A stretch of DNA of 64,000 nt from Candidatus Shapirobacteria bacterium. Lineage in GTDB: Bacteria > Patescibacteriota > Microgenomatia > UBA12405. The translations under genes and the position numbers were made by a program. Of this stretch, positions 27,353 to 36,707 are shown one piece after another. Positions within the stretch are counted from its first letter, which is position 1, and the number at the start of each line of letters is the position of its first letter. The DNA lies in contig JACPHO010000001.1 in the NCBI GenBank assembly GCA_016188545.1, positions 175,336 to 239,335 of the forward strand, in the 5' to 3' direction. Under the pieces are notes generated by a model that saw only the letters and a program-made list of their open reading frames with translations, ran no database searches and was not told where the DNA came from.

Positions 27353-27501
27353 AAAAAAATTAAATTGTGGCTACCTCGGTGATACCGGGATTAATATTGC
27401 CCACAAATAATTATTTAAGTACAGCTACTGTACAAAGGGGGCAGTTATTATGATCGATGCCTTAACTAGATCAGCTGCTAGTCTATCATATATAATAAAT
27501 T

Positions 27502-27819
27502 ATGCAAATATTCCAAAAAATTAGGCACATTGTCTGTCAAATCCCATCAGGGAAAGTCAGCACTTATGGCGCCATAGCTAAGGCAGTTGGTACCGATCCT
27601 AGGGTTGTTGGTTGGGCACTTAAGGGTAACTCTGATATGGCTATACCTTGTCATAGAGTAGTTAAGGCAAACGGTAGTCTGGCAGCCCAGTTCTCACTGG
27701 GTAATTGGCCGGAACAGCGCCGCCGCCTGGTTCTGGAGGGCATTGAGTTCACTGGGAATAGAATTAAAAACTTTCCGAAGGTCCAGTTTACTCCGGGAGC
27801 GATAGATATAAATACCTGA
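27502..27819 (+). CDS. ogt: Methylated-DNA--protein-cysteine methyltransferase (catalytic domain only)
   Basis: IPCHRVV active-site motif. Confidence 0.65.
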   Translation: MQIFQKIRHIVCQIPSGKVSTYGAIAKAVGTDPRVVGWALKGNSDMAIPCHRVVKANGSLAAQFSLGNWPEQRRRLVLEGIEFTGNRIKNFPKVQFTPGAIDINT

Positions 27820-27893
27820 ATACAAGAAACAACCAAAAACAAAAATAAATACCAACATTTGACTGGTCGATCTCAAATATTTTCCAATTTTTT

Positions 27894-30548
27894 TCATTTT
27901 TTTAACTTTTGTAGCCAATAAACAGTTTGTTTTTGTAGCCAAAATCCAGATACTAAAAATAGTAGTAAGTAAGGAACAATGTTCTCCTCCGGTAGACAAA
28001 CGGCCTCTTTTGTACCCAATACTTCACCGCTAGACTTATCTACTGCCTGAATATCTGTTCTCTTCATGGTTGAAAACTGAACCCCAAACCCAGTTTGAAC
28101 TTCATTTGATGAGACCCGATTGCCGTAATCGTCATCTGCCTCCAGCCTCGATTTGGTATAAAACAATTTTCTAGCACCATTATTTCCATAAAGAGGCAAA
28201 TCGATAATTACCCCAAAGCTTAGTTTCCCCCCAGTACCTGCTTCCAAATCCCCCAAAAATATTTCATCTTTTTTCCATAGCTGGTTATTATCATCATAAA
28301 TCTCATGAACTAGTACATTATTTTTTGCAATTCCCTCACCTTTGTTATCGATGGTTATTTCAAAAGTAACGATATCACCAGGAAAAACGTATTTATTGAC
28401 GTTATTCGCAGCTGTAATTTCTAATTTTGGAAACCTTTTGGTGTCAGTTGATTTTGTACTAGTGTCAGAACTTTTTGTCTCCACTACTTCATTTTTTACA
28501 AATGTAATGGTTTTTATTGAGCTACTATTATTGTTAACATCCGATTCTAGGCTAGTAGTTTTGATGGTGACTACAGTTTCGACTTCTGATTTACTAATAT
28601 TCTCTGCAGCATAGGCAGTTTTTACTATCATTTTCCAAAAAGGCAGTTTGGCTGTTCTTATATCTGTCACTCTAACTCTCACCTCAAAATAATGCTGTAC
28701 CATCGCCCCCATCTTTTCAAATGTCCAAGTCAATTTATTCCCTATGCGAGTTAACGGCAACCCACTATCATCACTCAGATACTCAACCCCACTAGGCAGC
28801 TGGATTTCCATCACCGTTCTTCCCGCTTCCTCGTAACCCAAATTACTATATTTGACTAGATATTTTATTTCACTTCCGACCGGAACCTCTTTTGATTCGC
28901 TTGATATTTCCACAGCTACATCAGGATAGGCAAACACAGTATTTCCATTCCAATTACCGACAATATTAATTATTCCAAAAAACCAATTACTTCCAAAAAT
29001 GTTCATGTTCACCAAATTAGTTAAGTTAGCCACAGCGCTGGCTCGACCACTAATGATGTCCGAATATGTCGCTCCTTCGATCCTGTTTCCGCCGGTATTG
29101 GCCGTTACTTTTATATTATTATTTAGTGTCGCCAGATTATCGTTTTGCAAAAAATCTTGACCACTACTTACCTGACTTGTACTACTATATATGTAGGAGA
29201 AAAATTTTTGCCCATCTACCCACTCTTCACTTGATCCGGGAAATTGCCAATTATATATTTTCCCACCAGCCTGACCTAATACATTTACAGTCAGAAACAT
29301 TTGTCCACCGCCCACCAGGTCAAGATTTGCGGTCGTAAAGTTATTTGCATAAGAACTGGCATTTCCGGTCATTATCATTCCTCCGGCACCACCGCTAGTT
29401 TGGTTCGCCCCACTATTAGCTGTGCTATTTACATTTGAAGTTAGTGTTACTTGATTATTGTTTTGTGTCTGACCTGTGCAATTATCGCAGGAGGTGTTTT
29501 GGTTAGCCACCAAATCAGGGCGGGGGAGGACGAGATCCCCCAGACTATTTGCCGATAAGTTAATTACTCCGATAAAGAATTTTGACCCCACCAAATTAGC
29601 ATTTATTAAGTTGATAACATTAGCTAGTGCAGTAGCGTTTCCGGTAAGAATCAGGGCATTTTCACTGCTTCCACTTATCGAATTATCGCCGGTATTGGCC
29701 ACCACTGTCACTTGGTTATTAACCAAGGCCATATTTTTATTGCTTATCACCACTAGATTTGCATCCGCTCCAATCAATCCTTCCTGAATTTTAATTACCC
29801 CGCCACTCTCATTGGTCTGTATGTTTTTCCATACCTGATTTAGGTCGAGATTGCTTAAATCTCCACCAAAATTGTTATAGAAATATATCCCCAGTTGGCT
29901 TCCGGTCACATTTGTATTTATTAGGTTAACCACATTTGCAAAAGCCACCGCTTCTCCGGTGCTTATTTTTACTTCAGTATTATTTTCACCCCCACTACTG
30001 TTAGCGCCACTCACAGAATTTGCACTATTTGACGTCACTACTTCAGCGACGTTTTCCGTATTAGTTGTTGATTCCGGTGATGTCCCTGAAGGTAAGTTTT
30101 CATCAAGGGTAGTTAAACTGTTGTTAACTCGATTGGTGTTGTCTGTTATGGCCACAGCCGTCCCAGTTTCGATCGTCACAGCCGAACTATCGGCGATACT
30201 CAAGTTTTCCCCTGTACTCGCCGTCGAAGCGTTACTTGTCCCCAAGTCTGCCGTATTATTCCTATCGTTTGTCCCCTCGCAACCACCGGAAATAACGCAC
30301 CCACTAGCATTCCCAGGAGCAGTTGTCTCAGTACCGTTAACTATATTGGTACTTTCGGTAGTCGCCGTGGCATTACCAGTGCTTATCACCTCAGCGGGAG
30401 GCACGGTTTCACTTTGTTCATTCGTGGTGGTTCCTGTTGGTTCCAGTATTTCTTGCGCCAAAACTATCGAAGGGATCATTAGCTCTCTCCATAGAAGTAG
30501 CTGAACCAACAACACTGCAACAAATTTTCGAAACTTTTTTTTACTCAT
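27894..30548 (-). CDS. Large (884 aa) repeat-rich cell-surface protein with signal peptide and C-terminal TM + basic tail
   Basis: Signal peptide; repeated TG(D/N).A.A.AN..NL.N.N..GS motifs; DUF11/CARDB-like segment; C-terminal CLPEEN-[hydrophobic]-KQTVYWLQKLKK. Confidence 0.55.
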   Translation of the reverse strand: MSKKKFRKFVAVLLVQLLLWRELMIPSIVLAQEILEPTGTTTNEQSETVPPAEVISTGNATATTESTNIVNGTETTAPGNASGCVISGGCEGTNDRNNTADLGTSNASTASTGENLSIADSSAVTIETGTAVAITDNTNRVNNSLTTLDENLPSGTSPESTTNTENVAEVVTSNSANSVSGANSSGGENNTEVKISTGEAVAFANVVNLINTNVTGSQLGIYFYNNFGGDLSNLDLNQVWKNIQTNESGGVIKIQEGLIGADANLVVISNKNMALVNNQVTVVANTGDNSISGSSENALILTGNATALANVINLINANLVGSKFFIGVINLSANSLGDLVLPRPDLVANQNTSCDNCTGQTQNNNQVTLTSNVNSTANSGANQTSGGAGGMIMTGNASSYANNFTTANLDLVGGGQMFLTVNVLGQAGGKIYNWQFPGSSEEWVDGQKFFSYIYSSTSQVSSGQDFLQNDNLATLNNNIKVTANTGGNRIEGATYSDIISGRASAVANLTNLVNMNIFGSNWFFGIINIVGNWNGNTVFAYPDVAVEISSESKEVPVGSEIKYLVKYSNLGYEEAGRTVMEIQLPSGVEYLSDDSGLPLTRIGNKLTWTFEKMGAMVQHYFEVRVRVTDIRTAKLPFWKMIVKTAYAAENISKSEVETVVTIKTTSLESDVNNNSSSIKTITFVKNEVVETKSSDTSTKSTDTKRFPKLEITAANNVNKYVFPGDIVTFEITIDNKGEGIAKNNVLVHEIYDDNNQLWKKDEIFLGDLEAGTGGKLSFGVIIDLPLYGNNGARKLFYTKSRLEADDDYGNRVSSNEVQTGFGVQFSTMKRTDIQAVDKSSGEVLGTKEAVCLPEENIVPYLLLFLVSGFWLQKQTVYWLQKLKK

Positions 30549-30603
30549 TATTATTACAACCTCATATCCACCGGAGTTGCCTCCGATGGATATTTAGTTA
30601 GAA

Positions 30604-31146
30604 CTACCTGCTCCAACGTACATTCACTAGAGTTAAACCTCTGGCGTTTGCGGTTGAAGTACCAGAGTGGATGCTTGAAGATCCACCAATATTGCCGGCA
30701 CCTGCGATAACTTCGTGTGCACGATCAACGGTTGTTGAATCATCTTGTTGATTCAATCCGGTGTCAGCCATCGCGCCAGTTGTGGCACCTACGGTTGCCC
30801 GGTTGGTTTCACTACTGATAAGACAACTAGATCCGGTACAGCCACAAGGTTGCGCGTTGACCACGGTCAGTGATCTAGCATCTGCGTTTGCAGCGCCGGT
30901 TCCAATTGTTCTAGACCCGAATCCACTACCTGATACAGCTACAACCTCATGTGCTCGACTAACCGAAGTAGTGTAATTCTGAGAATTGCCACCGGTATAA
31001 GCCTCAGCGGTTGTATTTGTAGAAACGACAGCTTCGTTGGTTGATGTGCTCATAAAACAAGTTCGGCCAATACAACCAAAAGCGGGTATAGCTAGTACTA
31101 ATAGAGCCGTAGATGCGGCTCCAATTGCTACAATTTTTTTAAACAT
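30604..31146 (-). CDS. Secreted protein with two internal ~40-aa repeats
   Basis: Signal peptide MFKKIVAIGAASTALLVLAIPAFG; repeats ..VSRAHEVVAVSGSG..ANADARSLTVVNA / ..VDRAHEVIAGAGNI..ANARGLTLVNV. Confidence 0.45.
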   Translation of the reverse strand: MFKKIVAIGAASTALLVLAIPAFGCIGRTCFMSTSTNEAVVSTNTTAEAYTGGNSQNYTTSVSRAHEVVAVSGSGFGSRTIGTGAANADARSLTVVNAQPCGCTGSSCLISSETNRATVGATTGAMADTGLNQQDDSTTVDRAHEVIAGAGNIGGSSSIHSGTSTANARGLTLVNVRWSR

Positions 31147-31428
31147 AATAATATTCACCCCCCTTTTTTTTATATAAATTAATAAACGTATAGGCACGAA
31201 AATATCCGTCAAATTATTACACGGAAGTCCCTACAGTCTGCCCTTCTCGGTCGGAGCCGGTCACAATGCCAGTCAATACGAGCGGTTTTGCTCATTTTAA
31301 ATTTCCGGGACAGGAAATTTAGTATTATGTAAGGGATATCACAAACAAAATCGTCTGTCAATAAAAAAATACATAACCCATATATATTCTCCGAATAGAC
31401 GTTTACTAACCAAGTGCTAAAATAATCC

Positions 31429-33021
31429 ATGTCCTCGAATGTTTTTACTATCAAGATAGCTGGACCAGCCGGTGCGGGAATTAAAAGCTCGGGTTTGCTC
31501 CTGTCACATATCTTAGTCCGACATGGTTTTAACATTCGTGATTATGTCGAATATCCATCTTTGGTTAAGGGAGGCCACAACACTTATCAAGTTAGTTTCA
31601 GTAAAGATACTATCTTTACCGCCCGTTACCAGATTGACCTGTTTTTATCACTCCAGCCCAAACATTGGCAACAACATCAGCCCGAATTCACCGACAAAAC
31701 AATTGTCATTAGTGAAGACGCCACTACTACGGTTCCCTTAAAAGAACTATCAACCCCGCTAGGAAGCCGTATTTATGAAAACACCATTTGCTTAGCCATC
31801 GCCTGTTACCTTTTTTCTCTTGATCAGCAACTTTGTAAAAAAATAGTTTCCGACAATTTTGGTCAACAGTCACCCAACAACCAAGCCTTTCAAGTCGGCC
31901 TTGATTACTCCAAAGAACATTTTTCAACTCAAATAATTTCAAGTGTTGCTCAAACTTCCCAAGAAACTGGTCTAGCTATTCATGACGGTAACGAATCTTT
32001 TGGTTGGGGATTTCTGCAAACCGGTGGCAATTTCTATTGTGCCTACCCCATGTCACCCTCATCGGGTACTCTTCACTTTTTGGCGGGTAAACAGACAGAA
32101 TATGGTATTCAAGTTATCCATCCCGAAGACGAAATTGCTGCCGCTTCCTTGGCTGTCGGAGCTTCGTTTGCCGGAGCCCGCAGCGCCGTTGGCACCTCAG
32201 GTGGGGGATTTGCCTTGATGGTCGAGTCCATCAGCCTTTGCGGTGCTGCCGACCTAGGAGTTGTCTTCTATCTAGTTTCTCGACCTGGTCCAGCTACCGG
32301 TCTGCCAACTTGGACTGGCCAAGGCGACTTACTTTTTGCTGTCAATGCCGGACACGGTGAGTTCAATAAAATAGTTCTCGCCCCTGGTGATCAACAGGAG
32401 ACTTTTGATATGTCCGGAACCGCCCTCAATTTAGCCGCCCAATTTAATATCCCAGTAATTGTCCTTAGTGACAAATTCATTGCCGAGTCATCCGCCTCAC
32501 TTCCCGATTTGTCCCAACAAAAAATCGATCAGATAATTTCCACCAAACCACTACCAGGTACCCCAGGAAAAGAATACATGGCCAATAGCTATGAACATGA
32601 CATCGATGGTTTCGCCATTGAAGATGCTGCTCCTGTCAAAGTTTCTGTCGAGAAAAGACTAGCGCAGTTTGAGGAAATTAAAAAAGCTATTCCGTCTCCA
32701 CTTTTTTATGGGTCAAAAACTGCCCAGAATCTAATTGTGAGTTTTGGCTCCACCAAGTCAACAATTCTTGAAGCACTAAGTATGATGGACAACAAGGACG
32801 ACTTTGCCTTTCTCCAACTACGTTCCGTGTGGCCTCTAAATCCGGAACTTGAAGGTTTGCTAACTCCATTCACCAATATTATAGTCATCGAAAACAATGC
32901 CCACGCCCAGATGGTTTCTCTCATCAAATCACAATTTAATTTCAATCCTCAAAAAGTATTATTAAAATATGACGGCCGCCCCTTCTTCCCTGAAGAATTA
33001 GCCAAACTTTTAAATTCATAA
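31429..33021 (+). CDS. korA: 2-oxoacid:ferredoxin oxidoreductase, fused gamma-alpha subunit
   Basis: N-terminal gamma domain (IAGPAGAGIKS), alpha-domain motifs (AYPMSPSS, GGGFALM). Confidence 0.7.
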   Translation: MSSNVFTIKIAGPAGAGIKSSGLLLSHILVRHGFNIRDYVEYPSLVKGGHNTYQVSFSKDTIFTARYQIDLFLSLQPKHWQQHQPEFTDKTIVISEDATTTVPLKELSTPLGSRIYENTICLAIACYLFSLDQQLCKKIVSDNFGQQSPNNQAFQVGLDYSKEHFSTQIISSVAQTSQETGLAIHDGNESFGWGFLQTGGNFYCAYPMSPSSGTLHFLAGKQTEYGIQVIHPEDEIAAASLAVGASFAGARSAVGTSGGGFALMVESISLCGAADLGVVFYLVSRPGPATGLPTWTGQGDLLFAVNAGHGEFNKIVLAPGDQQETFDMSGTALNLAAQFNIPVIVLSDKFIAESSASLPDLSQQKIDQIISTKPLPGTPGKEYMANSYEHDIDGFAIEDAAPVKVSVEKRLAQFEEIKKAIPSPLFYGSKTAQNLIVSFGSTKSTILEALSMMDNKDDFAFLQLRSVWPLNPELEGLLTPFTNIIVIENNAHAQMVSLIKSQFNFNPQKVLLKYDGRPFFPEELAKLLNS

Positions 33022-33022
33022 T

Positions 33023-33649
33023 ATGACAATCGATAATATAAGGTCACAAATCGCTCCTACCTGGTGTCCTGGTTGTTATGACTTTATCATGTATCTAGGT
33101 ATCGAAAACGCGCTTAAGGCACTCGACATCCCCAAGGAAAAAGTAGTCATTGTCTACGACATCGGTTGTATTGGCAATATGGCCGACTTCTTCAAAACCT
33201 ATGCTGTTCACTCACTTCATGGACGCTCCATCCCCACCGCCATTGGCATTAAGTTAGCCAATCCCGAGTTGACTGTAATTGTCGTTGGTGGCGATGGTGG
33301 TATTTACGGTGAAGGTACTGGACATTTTATTGCCTGGGCACGTTCCTCAGTCGATATCAGCGTTTTTGTTTCAAACAATAATCTCTATAGCTTAACCACC
33401 GGCCAGACGAGTCCCACCACTCCTAAGGGTTCTAAAACCAAATCAACCCCACTTGGTACTCCAAATGAACCCATCGACCCAGTACCATTAGCCAAAGCTG
33501 TAAACCCTGAAATCGATGCCGTTAGCGTTGATGGTCATAACCCCATCGAAGTTATCGCCGCCTTCAAAAAAGCCATACTTCATCCAGGATTTTCCCTAGT
33601 AGATTGCCGCCAAATCTGTGTCACTTTCGGCAAACAACTCGATTCTTAA
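33023..33649 (+). CDS. korB: 2-oxoacid:ferredoxin oxidoreductase beta (TPP-binding) subunit
   Basis: WCPGCYDF, GDGG TPP motif. Confidence 0.7.
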   Translation: MTIDNIRSQIAPTWCPGCYDFIMYLGIENALKALDIPKEKVVIVYDIGCIGNMADFFKTYAVHSLHGRSIPTAIGIKLANPELTVIVVGGDGGIYGEGTGHFIAWARSSVDISVFVSNNNLYSLTTGQTSPTTPKGSKTKSTPLGTPNEPIDPVPLAKAVNPEIDAVSVDGHNPIEVIAAFKKAILHPGFSLVDCRQICVTFGKQLDS

Positions 33650-33757
33650 CAAGTGCGTCACTTTCTAGTTTTACGTTCAACGTTTTTACTTTTGACTTTT
33701 TATTTTTGAATTTGTTTTCCTGTCCCATTCTAGTTTCTAGAATCTCGTTTCCAGTTT

Positions 33758-34513
33758 CTAAGTTTTCCTCGCCACAATCGCCATAAACATTGGAAATTCT
33801 CGACGGGCTTTGTCTTCAATTTCGGCAAGACCCCCCTCCGATCTTTTTGGAGAGATCCATTCCTCGATCTTTTTAATCACCATTCCATTGTCTAGTAGCA
33901 TTTCACTATAAGACGATAATGGATAATGGTACGACCAGGTTTTTTGGTTATTCTTATGATCAAACGGACTGGAATCAATCCCAATTTCCAGTGGACTCAT
34001 GTAACTATCCACCTTTCTGTATTGCACTCGTCTGACTCTATCTACGCCCCAGTCGGCATGTTTGGGAATTCTAAAAACTGGGTGGTTTAGGACAATAATT
34101 AGCTCCCCATTCTTTTCCAAAAAGGTCGACACATTTTTGATGACCGCAAATTGATTCTTTATATTTTGTAAAGCCAATATAATCGCTGCCTTACTAAACC
34201 CACCAGTTCTGATAGGTAGAGTTTTACTGACATCCGCTACGGCAAATTTGTGACTGGGATTAGTATCCATTTTCCTAGCTTCTTCAATTAACTCAATTGA
34301 CAAATCGATACCCAAGTATTCCCTAACCGGTGGTATAGTTCGCGCCAGTACTCCCTGTCCGCAGCCCAGGTCAAGAATCCTATCATCCGGTCTCATATTC
34401 AGTAATCGAAGAGTGTGTGGCAGGATAACTTCCTGATGAAAAAAACTGCCTTTTTCGCCGACAGTTTTGTTATACCATTTACTGACCTTACTCCACGACG
34501 TGTTTTTTTGCAT
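33758..34513 (-). CDS. Class I SAM-dependent methyltransferase
   Basis: Motif I ILDLGCGQG. Confidence 0.65.
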   Translation of the reverse strand: MQKNTSWSKVSKWYNKTVGEKGSFFHQEVILPHTLRLLNMRPDDRILDLGCGQGVLARTIPPVREYLGIDLSIELIEEARKMDTNPSHKFAVADVSKTLPIRTGGFSKAAIILALQNIKNQFAVIKNVSTFLEKNGELIIVLNHPVFRIPKHADWGVDRVRRVQYRKVDSYMSPLEIGIDSSPFDHKNNQKTWSYHYPLSSYSEMLLDNGMVIKKIEEWISPKRSEGGLAEIEDKARREFPMFMAIVARKT

Positions 34514-34602
34514 GTACTATTATATCTAATTTAAAAATTACCGAATACTTGCGGTTATAAGATAGTTGTTGAAATTTTACACGATGTTATAATCAGCTAC
34601 TT

Positions 34603-36159
34603 ATGACAAAAACTCTAAAGTTATTCATCATTTCTTCTGTTTTATTATTCACTGCTTTTTATTCTCTTGGTGCGAAATCGGTCACTACAAATGTGTTAGC
34701 AAATGATCCTCCAGGACACTGTAGTAGTGGATGGATAGAAAAAATTGAAGAAGACGATGCCCCTTTTATTTCCAGCAACTCAAGTGGGTCAATATGCTCA
34801 GTGTGGATTAAGGCTGGTACTCCTTGTTATGAATTTTCTTCCAACACCAACAATGGTTGCTATGTAATTACCGGAGTAGGTGGAAGCGGAGTCCAAGTTA
34901 CTCGAACCGGTAGTGGTCCTGATTGTAAAGGAATTTCCCATGTCGAGTTTCACCGTTGCCCAGCGCCCACCAGTACGCCAATTCCAACCAATATTCCAAC
35001 TCCCACAGTAGTTCCACCCACACCCACCCAAGTCCGGCCTACTCCAACCTCCATTTTTTGTTCACCAACCACTACCAATACACCCTCGCCCACCAATACT
35101 CCAACAGATACTCCAACTCCTACTTCAACTCCTACTTCAACTCCAACTCCAACATTAGAACCCACACCTGTCTGTGACGATGAAGTTTGTCCCACTTCTA
35201 CCCCAACACCCACTGCCACACCTACCCAAATAATCTCCGGCACACCCCAACCAACCCCTAGCCCAATTCCCACTGCGACTCCCACAGGTACGTCAAACGT
35301 TGGCGGTGGTGACAATGGTGGTTCAAATCCTCCAGGTGCACCAGTCTGCACCGATCCCAAACCCGGCACTCCTTCAAATCTTCGGGTTACTCGCATTTCT
35401 TCCACCCAAGCCCGACTTGATTGGGATCATGCGTCTGATCCTCACACTTCTTACGTAGTCGCTTATGGCCCATCTTTAGGTAACTATCCCTGGGGTAGCC
35501 CAAATGTTGGCAATAATAATAGCTACACCGTCAATTCTCTGACTCCCGGCGCCCAGTACTGCTTCTATGTCCGAGCTCAGAATAACTGCATGCCTGGCGA
35601 CAAATCAAATGAAGTCTGTATAAATGTAGGATCAACTGTAAAGATCCTTGGGGTCACCGACAATTACAATCCCATAGTCGATGGTATCCGTGAAAGTTAT
35701 GGTGGTGACATTCTTGGTACTACTACCGAACTCATGACTACCGCCGAAGTTGTCTATGCTCAAAACAAACTACCCTCTGGCAATACTCTCGTCTCTGGAC
35801 AGTCAATCAGTATTCCCAAGATTGGAGTAAATCAGCCAATCTATGCTCCAGCTCGTATCGGGGACGACTACACTGTCGGTCACCAGGAAGTCCTCCACAC
35901 CACCATCGACGGTAGTTCTGTCTACTATGGTCACAATGGTTACGATGTTTTTGGTAGCCTCCACAGAACCAATATTGGCGATCAAGTGGTGACCAATAAT
36001 AATGGAGTCGATTCTGGCTACAATGTCACCGAAAAACTCTTTGTCCACAAAAGCCAGGTCGATAGTATTAAGACAACCGGTGACCAAATAGTTTTGGTCA
36101 CTTGTAGTTTCACCCAACCAGATTATCGTATCGTTGTTAAAGCTTCATTAACCAAATAA
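34603..36159 (+). CDS. Secreted FN3-domain protein with a C-terminal sortase-like catalytic domain
   Basis: Signal peptide; PT-rich linker; FN3 (PSNLRVTRISSTQARLDWD..YCFYVRAQN); sortase His (YYGHNGYDVFGSL), Cys (IVLVTCSF) and Arg (YRIVVKA). Confidence 0.5.
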   Translation: MTKTLKLFIISSVLLFTAFYSLGAKSVTTNVLANDPPGHCSSGWIEKIEEDDAPFISSNSSGSICSVWIKAGTPCYEFSSNTNNGCYVITGVGGSGVQVTRTGSGPDCKGISHVEFHRCPAPTSTPIPTNIPTPTVVPPTPTQVRPTPTSIFCSPTTTNTPSPTNTPTDTPTPTSTPTSTPTPTLEPTPVCDDEVCPTSTPTPTATPTQIISGTPQPTPSPIPTATPTGTSNVGGGDNGGSNPPGAPVCTDPKPGTPSNLRVTRISSTQARLDWDHASDPHTSYVVAYGPSLGNYPWGSPNVGNNNSYTVNSLTPGAQYCFYVRAQNNCMPGDKSNEVCINVGSTVKILGVTDNYNPIVDGIRESYGGDILGTTTELMTTAEVVYAQNKLPSGNTLVSGQSISIPKIGVNQPIYAPARIGDDYTVGHQEVLHTTIDGSSVYYGHNGYDVFGSLHRTNIGDQVVTNNNGVDSGYNVTEKLFVHKSQVDSIKTTGDQIVLVTCSFTQPDYRIVVKASLTK

Positions 36160-36161
36160 TT

Positions 36162-36680
36162 ATGAAAAGATATATTGCTCTAATAGTCGTCCTTGCTCTG
36201 GGAGTTGGCTACTTTGTCTCCCGCAAAACTTTTGCTCCCCAAACTGTAGTCAAGGAACCCATTAAAATTGAGGAGCTTTTAAAAATGCCCTCCGGTTGGT
36301 CTCAAGTCGACGACAAAGATGTTAACTTAAAATTCGAGAAAAAAGTCGACAAAGGTCTAAAACCCCAAATCGTTCTGAAAGTAACTCAGTCAGTTGAAGC
36401 TAGTGCTCCCGCCAAATACACCGATCGGTTACTCGCCGGTGCCAAAAGTGCCGTCCCTTCCCTTCGTCTAACCGGGGATATGAGAAATTCACTTGAAAAA
36501 TACTATTCTGCCTTTGTTACTGCGACTTATGTCAACAAAGGCCAGAAGATAAACCTTATCCAAAGGATTTATATTAAGGAAAACACCGTCAATACCTTAA
36601 CGGCTTCTTATACCGGAGACCTCGCAGTTGAAATAAACCAAATTCTCGACAATTTGGTTAAAGAAAAGATCTCACTTTAA
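36162..36680 (+). CDS. Membrane-anchored hypothetical protein
   Basis: N-terminal TM; ORF only. Confidence 0.4.
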   Translation: MKRYIALIVVLALGVGYFVSRKTFAPQTVVKEPIKIEELLKMPSGWSQVDDKDVNLKFEKKVDKGLKPQIVLKVTQSVEASAPAKYTDRLLAGAKSAVPSLRLTGDMRNSLEKYYSAFVTATYVNKGQKINLIQRIYIKENTVNTLTASYTGDLAVEINQILDNLVKEKISL

Positions 36681-36707
36681 CCTTTTTCTGAACCAACCAA
36701 TGGGGGA

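Noticed and set aside
27400-27440. Inverted repeat GTACAG-cta-CTGTAC between the divergent DEAD-box helicase and ogt genes, considered as a LexA (CTGT..ACAG) box
   Set aside because: Half-site orientation and spacing are wrong for an E. coli-type SOS box and the arms are only 6 bp. Noted only as a weak possible operator.
28342-30504. Several 90-180-aa plus-strand ORFs (28342, 29066, 29476, 29959)
   Set aside because: All lie antisense within the 884-aa surface-protein gene and have low-complexity composition; shadow ORFs.
34950-35405. 151-aa minus-strand ORF rich in GVGV repeats
   Set aside because: Antisense translation of the PT-rich linker of the FN3-sortase gene; a repeat artefact.
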